Part shown: positions 37,629 through 46,860 of the stretch, piece after piece
How the letters are laid out: each line of letters begins with the position of its first letter
How positions within the stretch are numbered: the stretch's first letter is position 1
From: a virus
Taxonomy: Duplodnaviria; Caudoviricetes
Strand: one strand, 5' to 3'
Virus record (IMG/VR): IMGVR_UViG_3300020138_000006
Location: 1 to 64,000 of that record
Length of the DNA: 64,000 nucleotides
Notes under the pieces: model-generated
Seen by the model: the letters and a program-made list of their open reading frames with translations, nothing else
What the model was told of the DNA's origin: nothing
Databases searched by the model: none
Made by a program: the position numbers and the translations under genes

Positions 37629-38842
37629 GCGTTCAGCACGTCGCCTACGGGGGAGTCCCCTGGTTCGAGCCCCCGGGTGCCGACTTCCTCCAGGTGTGGT
37701 CGCTCGTCGACTTCGGCTCCGGCTACTTCGGCGTACTTCAGGGTGTCAACGTGGGGGACGGCTCTTCGCCGCCTGCCAAACTCACCGTCTTGCACGTCTC
37801 GGACCCTTCGACCGTGCTGGCTTCGACCGAGCTGACCGGGACCAAGCTCTTCAGCGGGGCGGCGGTCGCACTGGGCCCTGGTCGGGCCGTTCTGTGCGTT
37901 GGAAGCGGGCAGTACGAGAGCGGCCCGGGGGTCTACCTCGTCGAGTTCGACTCCCGGGCGCGGACCTTGCGGCTCTCCGAGGTCCTACAGCTCCCCGCGG
38001 TGGACAACTTCACGCCGTTCTTCGTCGAGGTGATCTTCGTGTCCGGGGCGCCTCACGTCCTCACGTGGGACGTGAGCGGTCTGCACATCGTGCGCCTCAC
38101 GGTCAGCCCGACCGGGCTCCAGGCGGGGCGTTGGAACCGCGTCTCCAGCTCACTCTTCAGCGAGGGTGTCGACAACGGGGTAACCACCTTCCATGCCGTC
38201 AACCAGGAGATCCGCGCCATCTTCTATGACGGTGGAGTTTGGAGCCCGGAGGGAACCTCGCCGATCGAGGCAAGGGTTGCCCGCTTCAGGGCCGACGGCT
38301 CGGGGCTGCGCGTCTCGCGAGTCTCCACCGGTACGCAACCATCCTTCAGTGGCTTCAGGATCGGCAACCCCCACATCCAGGGCGAGACGGCACGCTTCCT
38401 GTTCGACGACTACGACGACGACGGTCTTGTCATCCGCGTCTGCGAAGTGACGAGGGATGGTGCCCGGGTCGTCGCCAGGCTCCGCGACTCCGTCCCTCGG
38501 GTGCCGGTCGAGAACCCTGGTGGCGACTACTGGCGACGCTCCAGCGCGGTGCGCGGGCACAGTGCGAACGCCGTCCCCATGCTGCCGGTCACCTTCAGCG
38601 GTGGAGACGCCGCCCCTGATGGTTTTGAGTGCATCGGCCTCTATAGCCAGCCGGGCATGTCACGCGCGGACCACAACCTCGCCAGCCTCGGCATGGCATC
38701 GTTGAGCGGGGGGTACATCGTCGAGATCACGAACTTGCTGACGGTCGGCGACCCTGGCGACCTGATGATGCATACGTGGCGGGTCACCCCGGACTACAAC
38801 CTCACGGCGGGTGAGGTGCGGACCAAGGGCTACTTCTCGTGA
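37625..38842 (+). CDS. Putative receptor-binding / beta-rich tail protein
   Basis: About 405 aa of repeated beta strands; last large tail gene. Confidence 0.6.
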   Translation: MSVQHVAYGGVPWFEPPGADFLQVWSLVDFGSGYFGVLQGVNVGDGSSPPAKLTVLHVSDPSTVLASTELTGTKLFSGAAVALGPGRAVLCVGSGQYESGPGVYLVEFDSRARTLRLSEVLQLPAVDNFTPFFVEVIFVSGAPHVLTWDVSGLHIVRLTVSPTGLQAGRWNRVSSSLFSEGVDNGVTTFHAVNQEIRAIFYDGGVWSPEGTSPIEARVARFRADGSGLRVSRVSTGTQPSFSGFRIGNPHIQGETARFLFDDYDDDGLVIRVCEVTRDGARVVARLRDSVPRVPVENPGGDYWRRSSAVRGHSANAVPMLPVTFSGGDAAPDGFECIGLYSQPGMSRADHNLASLGMASLSGGYIVEITNLLTVGDPGDLMMHTWRVTPDYNLTAGEVRTKGYFS

Positions 38843-39105
38843 TCGAGGTGCGCCCGTTCGAGGGCGGTGGCTACCTCGTCAAGACCGAGGGTGGGGTGCA
38901 TCTCGTGGTGCGTCCGCTCTCGCGTCTCTTTCGGCTCGTCGAGGTGCCGGAGACCAACATGCGGGACTGCTGGCGGTACTGGTGCTTCCCAAGCTTCGCT
39001 GCAGCGGTTCTTGCGGCTGACGTCTGGACGCCGTCCCCGGACTCTGAGCCTGTCGGGTGGAGTCGTAGTGGCGGGGCCCGTCAGGCGTACGACTTGGACG
39101 AGTAG
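38839..39105 (+). CDS. Hypothetical protein
   Basis: 4-nt overlap; RYWCF..W..EPVGWSR. Confidence 0.65.
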   Translation: MIEVRPFEGGGYLVKTEGGVHLVVRPLSRLFRLVEVPETNMRDCWRYWCFPSFAAAVLAADVWTPSPDSEPVGWSRSGGARQAYDLDE

Positions 39106-39341
39106 TCCATCTCGATGGGGGCCCCGCTCTTCGCGGGGATGTGAATCGTCAGCGTCCCGGCGACACCCTCTTCGGCAAGAGCGCTGACGGCGACCTGCAG
39201 GTTGAACAAGCTCGCGGGCCGTACCCGGTCCATCTGCTCCGACGACCCGAGCAGTGCGAGGTACTTGCGCGCTCGCTCACCCGCTCGATCACCTGCCGCC
39301 TGGTTGCCGATCGTCTTGTCTCGATTCGTTGCCGAGTTCAC
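39081..39341 (-). CDS. Hypothetical protein, divergent from the early operon
   Basis: Protein-like ORF; start uncertain. Confidence 0.45.
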   Translation of the reverse strand: MNSATNRDKTIGNQAAGDRAGERARKYLALLGSSEQMDRVRPASLFNLQVAVSALAEEGVAGTLTIHIPAKSGAPIEMDYSSKSYA

Positions 39342-39437
39342 AACGCATCCCTTCGATCCTCTGCGCGTCCGTCCGTGGAGTCTGCCCGAGCCGGACGCGG
39401 ACTCCAAGCCTGTCGGCCGAGAGGGTCGATCTGATCG

Positions 39438-39484
39438 TTTTCCGCGCTAGGGGAGATCACTGCGATTTGCGCTAGCGCGGAAAA
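39438..39484. promoter_or_regulatory. Paired palindromic motif copies upstream of the replication operon
   Basis: TTTTCCGCGCTAGGG (39438-52) and GATTTGCGCTAGCGCGGAAAA (39464-84); a TTGCGC-N19-TAGTGT promoter-like pair follows. Confidence 0.6.
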
Positions 39485-39681
39485 AGTCAGGACTTGCGCC
39501 GCTGTCAGTGGTCGCGGCTAGTGTCCTCGGCACAGCGACATCACGACCCGAGAAGCGGGTCAGGCATCCGCCGGGGGATCCGGGGAGCTCGCCACCGAAG
39601 CAACGGCTGAGGGCGGCACTGAACCAGACGTAAAGCGCGTCGGTTCGGTGCCGCCCTTGTTGCGTTTCAAGGGAGAACGAC

Positions 39682-39912
39682 TTGTCCGTCCACACCAGTC
39701 CTCGAACCCTCCGCCAGAAGGTCACAGACGGGGCCCGCCAGCGCATGGCCACTTCCATCGCACGTGTCACCGTGCAGCGTGGTCAGGAGCTGCTCGCTCA
39801 GCTCCCGCCCGCCCAGGTCGCGGAGTACCTGCAGACCCAGGACGCACGCATCCGTCGACTCGTCGGCGAGTACGGCTTCGACGGCCGCAGCGTCACGGCG
39901 GTGTCGCGATGA
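39682..39912 (+). CDS. Hypothetical protein
   Basis: TTG after AAGGGAG; 4-nt overlap with next gene. Confidence 0.55.
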   Translation: MSVHTSPRTLRQKVTDGARQRMATSIARVTVQRGQELLAQLPPAQVAEYLQTQDARIRRLVGEYGFDGRSVTAVSR

Positions 39913-40511
39913 GCTGTCCCGAAAACGTCGCCTGGGTGCGCAACGAGGACCTCTCGCTGGTCGCGCTCGTCTCTGCCCTCATCACGTCGCGGGGCGACGC
40001 TCTGTCGAGCCCCACCGTCGAGCACGACAAGCACTACGCCAGGGTCAGCGTCGGCCTGGCTCACCTCATTCAGGAGTCTTACGGCGTCGCCCCTCTGATG
40101 CTCGCCTTGGGCCGCGAGGCGGCGGAGGCGCTGAAGCTGCTGGACGGCGAACTGAAGTTCAGCGATGCCGTGCTGTTCCAGGAGGAGGGTGTCTGGACCT
40201 GGCGCTACATCGGCGACGTCGACGACGAGGGCGCCGTCGGCCAGTTCCGCAAGGCCTTGCGCCTCATCGTCCAGGCGACCACGTTCAGCGAGGTCCTGCA
40301 CCTGCACCCTTCTGAGGCCCCTGCCGAGGATCGTGCACTCGTCACGGCGTGGATCAACGAGGTCTGCTCGGTCGAGTACCCGTGCAGCCTGGCCGGCCAG
40401 ATGGCGGCGATCGTCGCCGGGCTCCACGGCCACCTCTACCAGCGCATCGCGCACGCCAGCGAACTGTCCAAGGCGGCTCAGGACGCCATGGACGAAGGCG
40501 GGCAGCCGTGA
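39909..40511 (+). CDS. Hypothetical protein
   Basis: Operon-consistent ORF of 200 aa. Confidence 0.65.
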   Translation: MSCPENVAWVRNEDLSLVALVSALITSRGDALSSPTVEHDKHYARVSVGLAHLIQESYGVAPLMLALGREAAEALKLLDGELKFSDAVLFQEEGVWTWRYIGDVDDEGAVGQFRKALRLIVQATTFSEVLHLHPSEAPAEDRALVTAWINEVCSVEYPCSLAGQMAAIVAGLHGHLYQRIAHASELSKAAQDAMDEGGQP

Positions 40512-41731
40512 AGCTCTGGGGCCGCAAGGCGGCCACCCACACGACCCAGCCCATCGGCTTCGACGCGATCGACCTGTTCGCAGGCGTCGGATGGGACGCT
40601 GCCGCGCGCGAGCTCGGCATGAACGTCCTCGGTTTCGATCTCGACAAGGACGTCGTCAAGCTCCGCCGTGCAGAGTCCATGCCGACCGTCAAGGTCAACC
40701 TCTGGGAGTTCCTCCCCAGTGACCTCGTTCTGCCGTTCCGTGGCCTCATCGCCTCGCCGTCGTGCAAGAAGTATTCGGTCGCGGGCAAGAAGGAAGCCCA
40801 CCCGGAGCTCGTCCGCATCCTGGCGGCCGTCCCACTCGTCGCCGCGGGAAAGCCGGTGCAGGATGTCCTGAAGGGCATGGACCCCGAGGCGGCCCTCGTG
40901 CTCGCGCCCCTGGCATGGGCTGTCCACCATCGCCCCGAGTGGATCGCGCTGGAGCAGGTCAAGGAGGTCCTCCCCGTGTGGGAGGCCATCGCCGACGCGC
41001 TGCGCGCACGCGGCTACTCGGTCGACACCGGCTTGCTGTCCGCCGAGCAGTACGGCTCGGGTCAGCAGCGAGTGCGCGCCGTCCTGGTGGCGAACCGCAC
41101 GACCGAGGTCACGCTGCCCAAGCCGACGCACTCGACCTACTACAACCGCAACCCGCAGAAGCGGGATCCGGGCGTCAAGGACTTCGTCACGATGGCAGAG
41201 GTCCTGGGATGGGACCCGCGCGACCGCGTGGGGTTCGCCCGACGTGCCGACCGAGCCGACTCCGTCGAGATCGATGGCGCCTTGTACCGCGCCCGAGACC
41301 TTCGAGAGGCGGGTCTCCCGGCACAGACGGTGACGGAGAAGGCCCGATCGTGGCAGCGGTTCGTGGCGGGTGACAACACGGTCGAGCCGCAGGAGGCCCT
41401 GAACCCGCCGAAGGACTCGGACAACGAGCGTCCGGAGTGGCCGTACGTACGTCCGGCCACGACCGTCGTCGCCTCGTTCCGGCCTGACGTCATCGCGGCG
41501 CCGGGCTACCGCAAGCCGGGTGACGGCCCCCGCCAGAACGCACCCGGTTCGGTGCGCGTCACCGTGCAGGAGACGGCCAGGCTCCAGTCCTTCCCGGACG
41601 ACATCGACTGGTCGGTCCTGTCCAAGACGGCCGCTCACAAGCTCATCGGCAACGCCGTCGACGGCTGCGTTGCGCGCGCAGTCCTGCTGTCTGCGCAGGG
41701 CATCGATCACACCCAGGAGGACCAGGCATGA
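40508..41731 (+). CDS. DNA cytosine-5 methyltransferase
   Basis: DLFAGVGW (motif I), ASPSC (IV), EQV (VI), QQRVR (VIII), RLQSFP (IX), IGNAV (X). Confidence 0.88.
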   Translation: MKLWGRKAATHTTQPIGFDAIDLFAGVGWDAAARELGMNVLGFDLDKDVVKLRRAESMPTVKVNLWEFLPSDLVLPFRGLIASPSCKKYSVAGKKEAHPELVRILAAVPLVAAGKPVQDVLKGMDPEAALVLAPLAWAVHHRPEWIALEQVKEVLPVWEAIADALRARGYSVDTGLLSAEQYGSGQQRVRAVLVANRTTEVTLPKPTHSTYYNRNPQKRDPGVKDFVTMAEVLGWDPRDRVGFARRADRADSVEIDGALYRARDLREAGLPAQTVTEKARSWQRFVAGDNTVEPQEALNPPKDSDNERPEWPYVRPATTVVASFRPDVIAAPGYRKPGDGPRQNAPGSVRVTVQETARLQSFPDDIDWSVLSKTAAHKLIGNAVDGCVARAVLLSAQGIDHTQEDQA

Positions 41732-42696
41732 ACGTGAAGTACCTCGCCCCCGCACTGGCCCTGGCCGGTGTACTCGTCGCCACCCCGGCGTTCGCCGGAG
41801 GGTCGGACGGTCCCACCCCGTACGACGTCGGCCGCTCGGGCCTCACGTTCCCGCAGCCGCTGAAGGCGCACGGCCACATCAACGTGCGCACCGACGACGG
41901 CGTGACCCACGGCCTGCACATGGACCCGAACAACGGGCACCCTGGCGGTTCGTGGGTCGGTGAGACGTTCATCCCGTGGTCGGCGTTCGGCATCACCGAA
42001 GGCTGCATCGTGTGGGTGCAGTGGAGCGGTGCGAACGAGCACTTCGGTGAGGGTGGCCAGAAGCCGGTCTGCCTGAAGAAGTCGCACCACACCAAGAAGC
42101 CGCACCACACCAAGGAGCCCGAGCCGTGCCCCACGACGGAGCCCACGACGGAGCCCACGACGGAGCCCACGACGGAGCCCACGACGGAGCCCACGACGGA
42201 GCCGACCGAGGAGCCGACCGAGGAGCCGACCGAGGAGCCGACCGAGGAGCCGACCGAGGAGCCGACCGAGGAGCCGACGCAGAGCCCCGAGCCGGAGCCC
42301 ACGGTCAGCCCGACTCCGGGGCCGACGGCCGAACCCAGCCCCGAGCCGACCGTGGCGCCCGAGCCCGAGCCGACCGTCGGGCCAACCGAGGAGCCCACCG
42401 GGGTTCCTACGCAGAGCCCGGAGCCGACCACGAAGCCGACGCCGCAGAACTCTCCCGCGCCCGCTCCCGAGCCCGATGGCGCCTCTACGGCAGCCCCAGT
42501 CCCCGCATCATCGCCATCGACGACTTCGACCCAGACGCCTTCCTCGGTGAAGCCGGTGACGAAGGCCGCGCGGGTCGGGACGGTCGCTGAGCTCGCCGAG
42601 ACCGGCAACGACACGCTCGGCAACATCCTCGTCGGGATCTTCCTGCTGGGCTCCGGGGCCTTCCTCTACCTCGCAGCGAAGGTGGGGAAGCGTTGA
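41728..42696 (+). CDS. Secreted, sortase-anchored (LAETG) surface protein with a Pro/Thr/Glu stalk
   Basis: Signal peptide; PTTE and PTEE repeats; LAETG plus TM helix plus KVGKR sorting signal. Confidence 0.85.
   Translation: MNVKYLAPALALAGVLVATPAFAGGSDGPTPYDVGRSGLTFPQPLKAHGHINVRTDDGVTHGLHMDPNNGHPGGSWVGETFIPWSAFGITEGCIVWVQWSGANEHFGEGGQKPVCLKKSHHTKKPHHTKEPEPCPTTEPTTEPTTEPTTEPTTEPTTEPTEEPTEEPTEEPTEEPTEEPTEEPTQSPEPEPTVSPTPGPTAEPSPEPTVAPEPEPTVGPTEEPTGVPTQSPEPTTKPTPQNSPAPAPEPDGASTAAPVPASSPSTTSTQTPSSVKPVTKAARVGTVAELAETGNDTLGNILVGIFLLGSGAFLYLAAKVGKR
42130..42273 (+). repeat. 12-bp tandem repeats (CCCACGACGGAG x6, CCGACCGAGGAG x6)
   Basis: Read directly; encodes PTTE6-PTEE6. Confidence 0.9.
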
Positions 42697-42995
42697 TGGC
42701 TCTGAAGATCAACGTCGCGCTGGATCGTCGGAGCGCCGAGCTCGTCGCCCTCGGTCGGGCCGTGGCCCTCATGGCCGACGTCCACCTCCCGAAGGCCACG
42801 GCGCGTTCGGTTCTGGAGATGGCCCGCGCTACCCGGCACGCCCTGGAGGCCGGCGAGTACGACTACGCGGTAGACATCCTGGCAGAGCTTTACCGACGCC
42901 TGGAGGACGAGGACACCGCGTCGTCGAACCTCGTCAAGGCGAAGGCGTCGGCCCTCGTCGTCGACATCAACAAGTGGCAGCGGGTGTCGTCGTGA
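42696..42995 (+). CDS. Hypothetical helical protein
   Basis: TGATG junction. Confidence 0.65.
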   Translation: MALKINVALDRRSAELVALGRAVALMADVHLPKATARSVLEMARATRHALEAGEYDYAVDILAELYRRLEDEDTASSNLVKAKASALVVDINKWQRVSS

Positions 42996-43321
42996 GCGGG
43001 GAGGTCTGGGACGAGTACGGCGCCCGGTGGGGCGAGGTCATCGAGACCGCCTCCGGATCGCTGATCGTGCACAAGGCGGAAAGCTGCAAGCTCTTCGACT
43101 TCGCATGCTGTGTCCACAATCCCTCTGACCACCCGCTCGCGACGGCGCAGCTCAACTGGCGCAGCGACCGTGACCTCATGGAGCGGATCTGCTCGCACGG
43201 CATCGGGCACCCAGACCCGGATGACATCGCGTTCCGGCGGTGGGTGCTTGCCAAGCCGGCCGAGTGGGTATCGGCGCAGGCCGTGCATGGCTGTGACGGC
43301 TGCTGCAGGGGCGCGCGATGA
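42992..43321 (+). CDS. Cys/His-rich conserved phage protein
   Basis: CCVHNPSDH..ERICSHGIGHPDPD..HGCDGCC motif. Confidence 0.75.
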   Translation: MSGEVWDEYGARWGEVIETASGSLIVHKAESCKLFDFACCVHNPSDHPLATAQLNWRSDRDLMERICSHGIGHPDPDDIAFRRWVLAKPAEWVSAQAVHGCDGCCRGAR

Positions 43322-44241
43322 GGATCCGCCAGTCCGACCTCGCCTCGTTCCAGCGCTGCGCCCAGCAGGTCAAGCTGAAGGAGCAGGCGAAGGAGCAGGG
43401 GTGGCACGAGCCGATCCTTTCCGCGACGGCCGCCGGAACGGTCATGCACTACGCCTTCCAGACTCTGCAGAAGCTCCATCACGAGGGCCGAGAGGACGCA
43501 CTCGATGTCGCTATCGCGACTCTCCAGCGTTACTGGGACCCGAGCAACATCTCGATGATCTCCGAGGGCCCGGTCGACGTCTGGATCGCGAACGACACCT
43601 ACCACGGGATGCTTCGTCGACACACGGAGAACCTGAAGGCCGCTGATGCCTGGATCCGCAGGGACAAGTCGATCCTGCTTTCGATCGAGCACACCTTCGA
43701 CGTGCCGATTGTGATCGACGGCGAGGAGCACACCCTTCACGGAACTGTCGACCGTCTCTGCTTGCGCATGATCTCGGGCAGGCCGGTCCTCGGGGTCGAT
43801 GACCTGAAAACCTGGCGGAAGAAGCACTACTACCTGGACTCCAACACTCAGGCGACCGTGTACTCGTACGCCTCGTTGCAGCCCGAGTTCTGGAACTCCT
43901 TCTACGAGGACGAGACCGTCCTGGAGTCGTTCCATGAGGTGGTCGAGCGGCTTTCCGCCCGGGGTCTCCAGCTCTACCAGGGCCTCAGGAAGGACCTGAC
44001 GGTCATTCCCCGTAGGGCGCGGTTCCTGCGGGCGTGGGACGGCTTCGAGGTCAACGACGCGGGGTGGCGCGAAGAGCCTCACTTCGCACGGATGCGGGCA
44101 CAGCTGCGCGAGTACATCGCCGCCCGTCGTGCGGGCGTCTACCCGCTGACGGTGGACGGGTCCATCTGCCGTTTCTGCCCGTTCAACCTTGGCATCTGCG
44201 GCGACGTACCCGGCCCGCAGCGCCAGGAGGGCATCGCATGA
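43318..44241 (+). CDS. PD-(D/E)XK exonuclease (RecB/Cas4-like)
   Basis: GTVMH, LHGTVDRL..VDDLKT, QATVYS; Cys cluster C..CPF..IC. Confidence 0.85.
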   Translation: MRIRQSDLASFQRCAQQVKLKEQAKEQGWHEPILSATAAGTVMHYAFQTLQKLHHEGREDALDVAIATLQRYWDPSNISMISEGPVDVWIANDTYHGMLRRHTENLKAADAWIRRDKSILLSIEHTFDVPIVIDGEEHTLHGTVDRLCLRMISGRPVLGVDDLKTWRKKHYYLDSNTQATVYSYASLQPEFWNSFYEDETVLESFHEVVERLSARGLQLYQGLRKDLTVIPRRARFLRAWDGFEVNDAGWREEPHFARMRAQLREYIAARRAGVYPLTVDGSICRFCPFNLGICGDVPGPQRQEGIA

Positions 44242-44510
44242 ACGACCAGATCGCGGCGCGCACCGGTGGCCTGAATGTCACCTATGCCGAGTTCGAGGAG
44301 GCTCTGTGGCGCCGCCACTACGCCTCACGGTCCATCTCGGTCGGCGAGCGCGAGGCCCGCATCCAGGAGCTCATCGCCGCATACCTAGCCGAGGGCGAGC
44401 TCGAAGACGCTCTGCAGGCGCTCGCGGTCGAACTGGTCCTCTACCGCAACGACATGCTCACGACACCTATCGCATTCGATCTGACCGAGAAGAACCCGGA
44501 GAAGGACTGA
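44238..44510 (+). CDS. Hypothetical protein
   Basis: Overlapping junctions. Confidence 0.6.
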   Translation: MNDQIAARTGGLNVTYAEFEEALWRRHYASRSISVGEREARIQELIAAYLAEGELEDALQALAVELVLYRNDMLTTPIAFDLTEKNPEKD

Positions 44511-45724
44511 TGGCGCTCGTTATCAAGAGTGCCGGCCTCGATGACTACCTCGACGAGGCCGGCGGCACGACCAACCTGAAGGCACTCATCCTCGGGCGGC
44601 CTGGAAGCGGCAAGACGCGTTCGAGCGCGTACTGGTCCAAGCCGCTGCTGATCGACTGTGAGCGCAGCCGTTCCGTCGTCGCCGACCTCGGGATGCCCTA
44701 CGTCGAGGTCCTCAGCGAGGCCGAGGTCGACGAGTTCATCCGCGAGCTCGGCAAGTGGACGCGGGACAAGAAGTCGGGCAAGGAGGTCGCCTACGAGACC
44801 CTCGTCCTCGACACGGTCGACGGCCTGCAGGACCGGCTGGTCGCCGCGTATCTCGCCAGGACGGGCAAGCAGAAGCTCGACGCGATGGGTGGCGACTACG
44901 ACGCCATCAACGGGCCGGTCGAGCGACTCATCAACGCTCTGAAGGACTCGCCGTTCAACGTCATCGTGAACGTGCACCTGAAGGAGGTCGGCCAGTTCGT
45001 CAAGAGGGGCGAGACGGCGACGGCGGCCCTGGGCGAGGACACGATCCGCACGGCCCAGTCCTGGGGGATCGCGCTTCGGGGTGGCATCCGAGAGAAGATC
45101 CCTGGCTGGTTCGACCTCGTCGGGTGCATCGAGAACTCGTGGGGTCTGAATGGGACCGAGAAGATCGTCAACCGGCACATCCGCTGGCAGCCCACGCCCG
45201 AACTCCCGATCCTGAAGGACCGCCTGTACGCGTTCCCTCGTAAGACGCCGGTGAACTTCGAGAGCGCCGACTACGAGCGCCTGGTCGGCTACATCAAGGC
45301 GAAGTCGGAGCGGATCAGACCGACGGCGGTCGTCGAGGAGATCGGCGAGCCGGACAAGGCGGTCGGGCCCGACATCAAGAGCGGCCCGGTCTCGCCGAAC
45401 CCGTCGGGCGTGCTGCCGAAGCCGCGCCTCCCCAAGGCCGAGCCCGCCGAGAAGCCCGCCGAGAAGCCTGCCGAGGGGGCTGCTGAGCAGGCGGCCAAGG
45501 CGTCCGAGCAGGCGCCGGTCGAGAAGGCCGTCGGGCAGGTCTCCGAGTCACTCGGCGGCGAGGTCGTTGCCGTCGAGTCGAGCTGGGAGGAGCGAGTCGA
45601 GGCCGTCGAGTCGGTCGATGCGGCCCACGAGCTGTGGAACCAGGCGTACGCAGCGGGAGCACTGACCAGCGATCTGAAGGCGGCGATCATCATGCGCGTC
45701 GCCGCGCTCAACAAGAAGTCCTGA
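44510..45724 (+). CDS. AAA_24/Sak4-like recombination ATPase
   Basis: GRPGSGKT Walker A, LVLDTVDGL Walker B; follows the exonuclease. Confidence 0.82.
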   Translation: MALVIKSAGLDDYLDEAGGTTNLKALILGRPGSGKTRSSAYWSKPLLIDCERSRSVVADLGMPYVEVLSEAEVDEFIRELGKWTRDKKSGKEVAYETLVLDTVDGLQDRLVAAYLARTGKQKLDAMGGDYDAINGPVERLINALKDSPFNVIVNVHLKEVGQFVKRGETATAALGEDTIRTAQSWGIALRGGIREKIPGWFDLVGCIENSWGLNGTEKIVNRHIRWQPTPELPILKDRLYAFPRKTPVNFESADYERLVGYIKAKSERIRPTAVVEEIGEPDKAVGPDIKSGPVSPNPSGVLPKPRLPKAEPAEKPAEKPAEGAAEQAAKASEQAPVEKAVGQVSESLGGEVVAVESSWEERVEAVESVDAAHELWNQAYAAGALTSDLKAAIIMRVAALNKKS

Positions 45725-45766
45725 CCCGAAACCGGAAACAGGAAGAACGAGAGAGAGAAGAGAGAG

Positions 45767-46249
45767 ATGCCCAAGGGGACCGCAGAGCAGGGTCGCACCT
45801 ACTGGCAGGACGAGGGGACATTCCCCGCGCTGCTGAAGTCGTGCGAGGAGGAGGTCATCAAGTACCAGCTGAAGTCCAACCACGCGAAGGTGAAGCGCGG
45901 CGAGGCGTCCGTCGGCGAGTGGGACGAGTTCTCCCGCTGGAACTGGACCTGGGAGCTGTTGGAGGGCGACCACGAGGCGACCGAGATCGTCGTCCGCACG
46001 CGCCCCTCGATCGAGATCGAGGGCAAGTCCCTCGCTCGCGAGGCGTACGAGGCGCTGTCGGGCCAGCAGTTCGAGCTCGGCCAGGACTACGACACCGACC
46101 TCGTCGTCGGCCTGAAGGCGCGGCTCGTCCTCGCGCACAAGCCGCCGCGTGTCGACGGTGACCGCACCTTCTACGACACCGAGGTCACGGAGGTCCTGCC
46201 CGCCCTCGACGAGGAGTCGCGCCCGCTGTACGACAAGCCGCCTTTTTAG
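45767..46249 (+). CDS. Putative single-stranded DNA-binding protein
   Basis: OB-like beta pattern with a C-terminal DKPPF tail; follows the recombinase. Confidence 0.6.
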   Translation: MPKGTAEQGRTYWQDEGTFPALLKSCEEEVIKYQLKSNHAKVKRGEASVGEWDEFSRWNWTWELLEGDHEATEIVVRTRPSIEIEGKSLAREAYEALSGQQFELGQDYDTDLVVGLKARLVLAHKPPRVDGDRTFYDTEVTEVLPALDEESRPLYDKPPF

Positions 46250-46261
46250 GGCATATCGGAC

Positions 46262-46699
46262 ATGAACAGTCATCCTGCCGCTCGGGAGCCAATCCCCGAC
46301 CGAGTCGCTCAGCGTGCACTCGCGAGGTTCACTGCGGACGAGTCCGGGTGTCACATCTCGACCTACTCGGTCGGGAGCCACGGGTACGCGCAGATCGGTT
46401 GGGGCGGACGGTCGCGTGGCATGACCACCGCCCACCGAGCGGCATGGGTGGCTGTTCACGGACAGATCCCCGAGGGAATGACTGTCGACCACATCTGCAA
46501 GGTCAGGCGGTGCGTGAACGTCCGGCACTTGCGCCTCCTCTCGAACTTCGAGAACGCGCGCCGGACGAACGGCAACGACTGGCCCTTGGGGGAGTGCGTC
46601 AACGGACACCCCAACTCTGAGCTCCGCAAACGCGGGGCGAAGTGGGTCTGCGGTATCTGCGCGGCTGAGTGGCAGCGCAGATACCGCAGCAGAAAGTAG
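46262..46699 (+). CDS. HNH endonuclease
   Basis: TAHRAAW..IPEGMTVDHICKVRRCVNVRHL..NFEN. Confidence 0.9.
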   Translation: MNSHPAAREPIPDRVAQRALARFTADESGCHISTYSVGSHGYAQIGWGGRSRGMTTAHRAAWVAVHGQIPEGMTVDHICKVRRCVNVRHLRLLSNFENARRTNGNDWPLGECVNGHPNSELRKRGAKWVCGICAAEWQRRYRSRK

Positions 46700-46826
46700 A
46701 GACCAGCCGGACCGGCGTCAACGTCAGCCCCCAACCTCCCTGGACGGGTTGGTCACGGCAGCGATGGCGAAGGAGCAGGGTGCCTTTCCCTTTGCACTGA
46801 TCTCGCCAGCGCCGGTCCGGCGCCTG

Positions 46827-46848
46827 TTTCCCCGCTAGCGCAAAACGC
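46827..46848. promoter_or_regulatory. Palindromic motif copy upstream of primase-helicase
   Basis: TTTCCCCGCTAGCGCAAAACGC. Confidence 0.6.
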
Positions 46849-46860
46849 AAGGAGAGTCCG

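Noticed and set aside
43318-44241. Cas4 as evidence of a CRISPR system
   Set aside because: It sits in a standard exonuclease-recombinase-SSB module; no array or cas1/cas2
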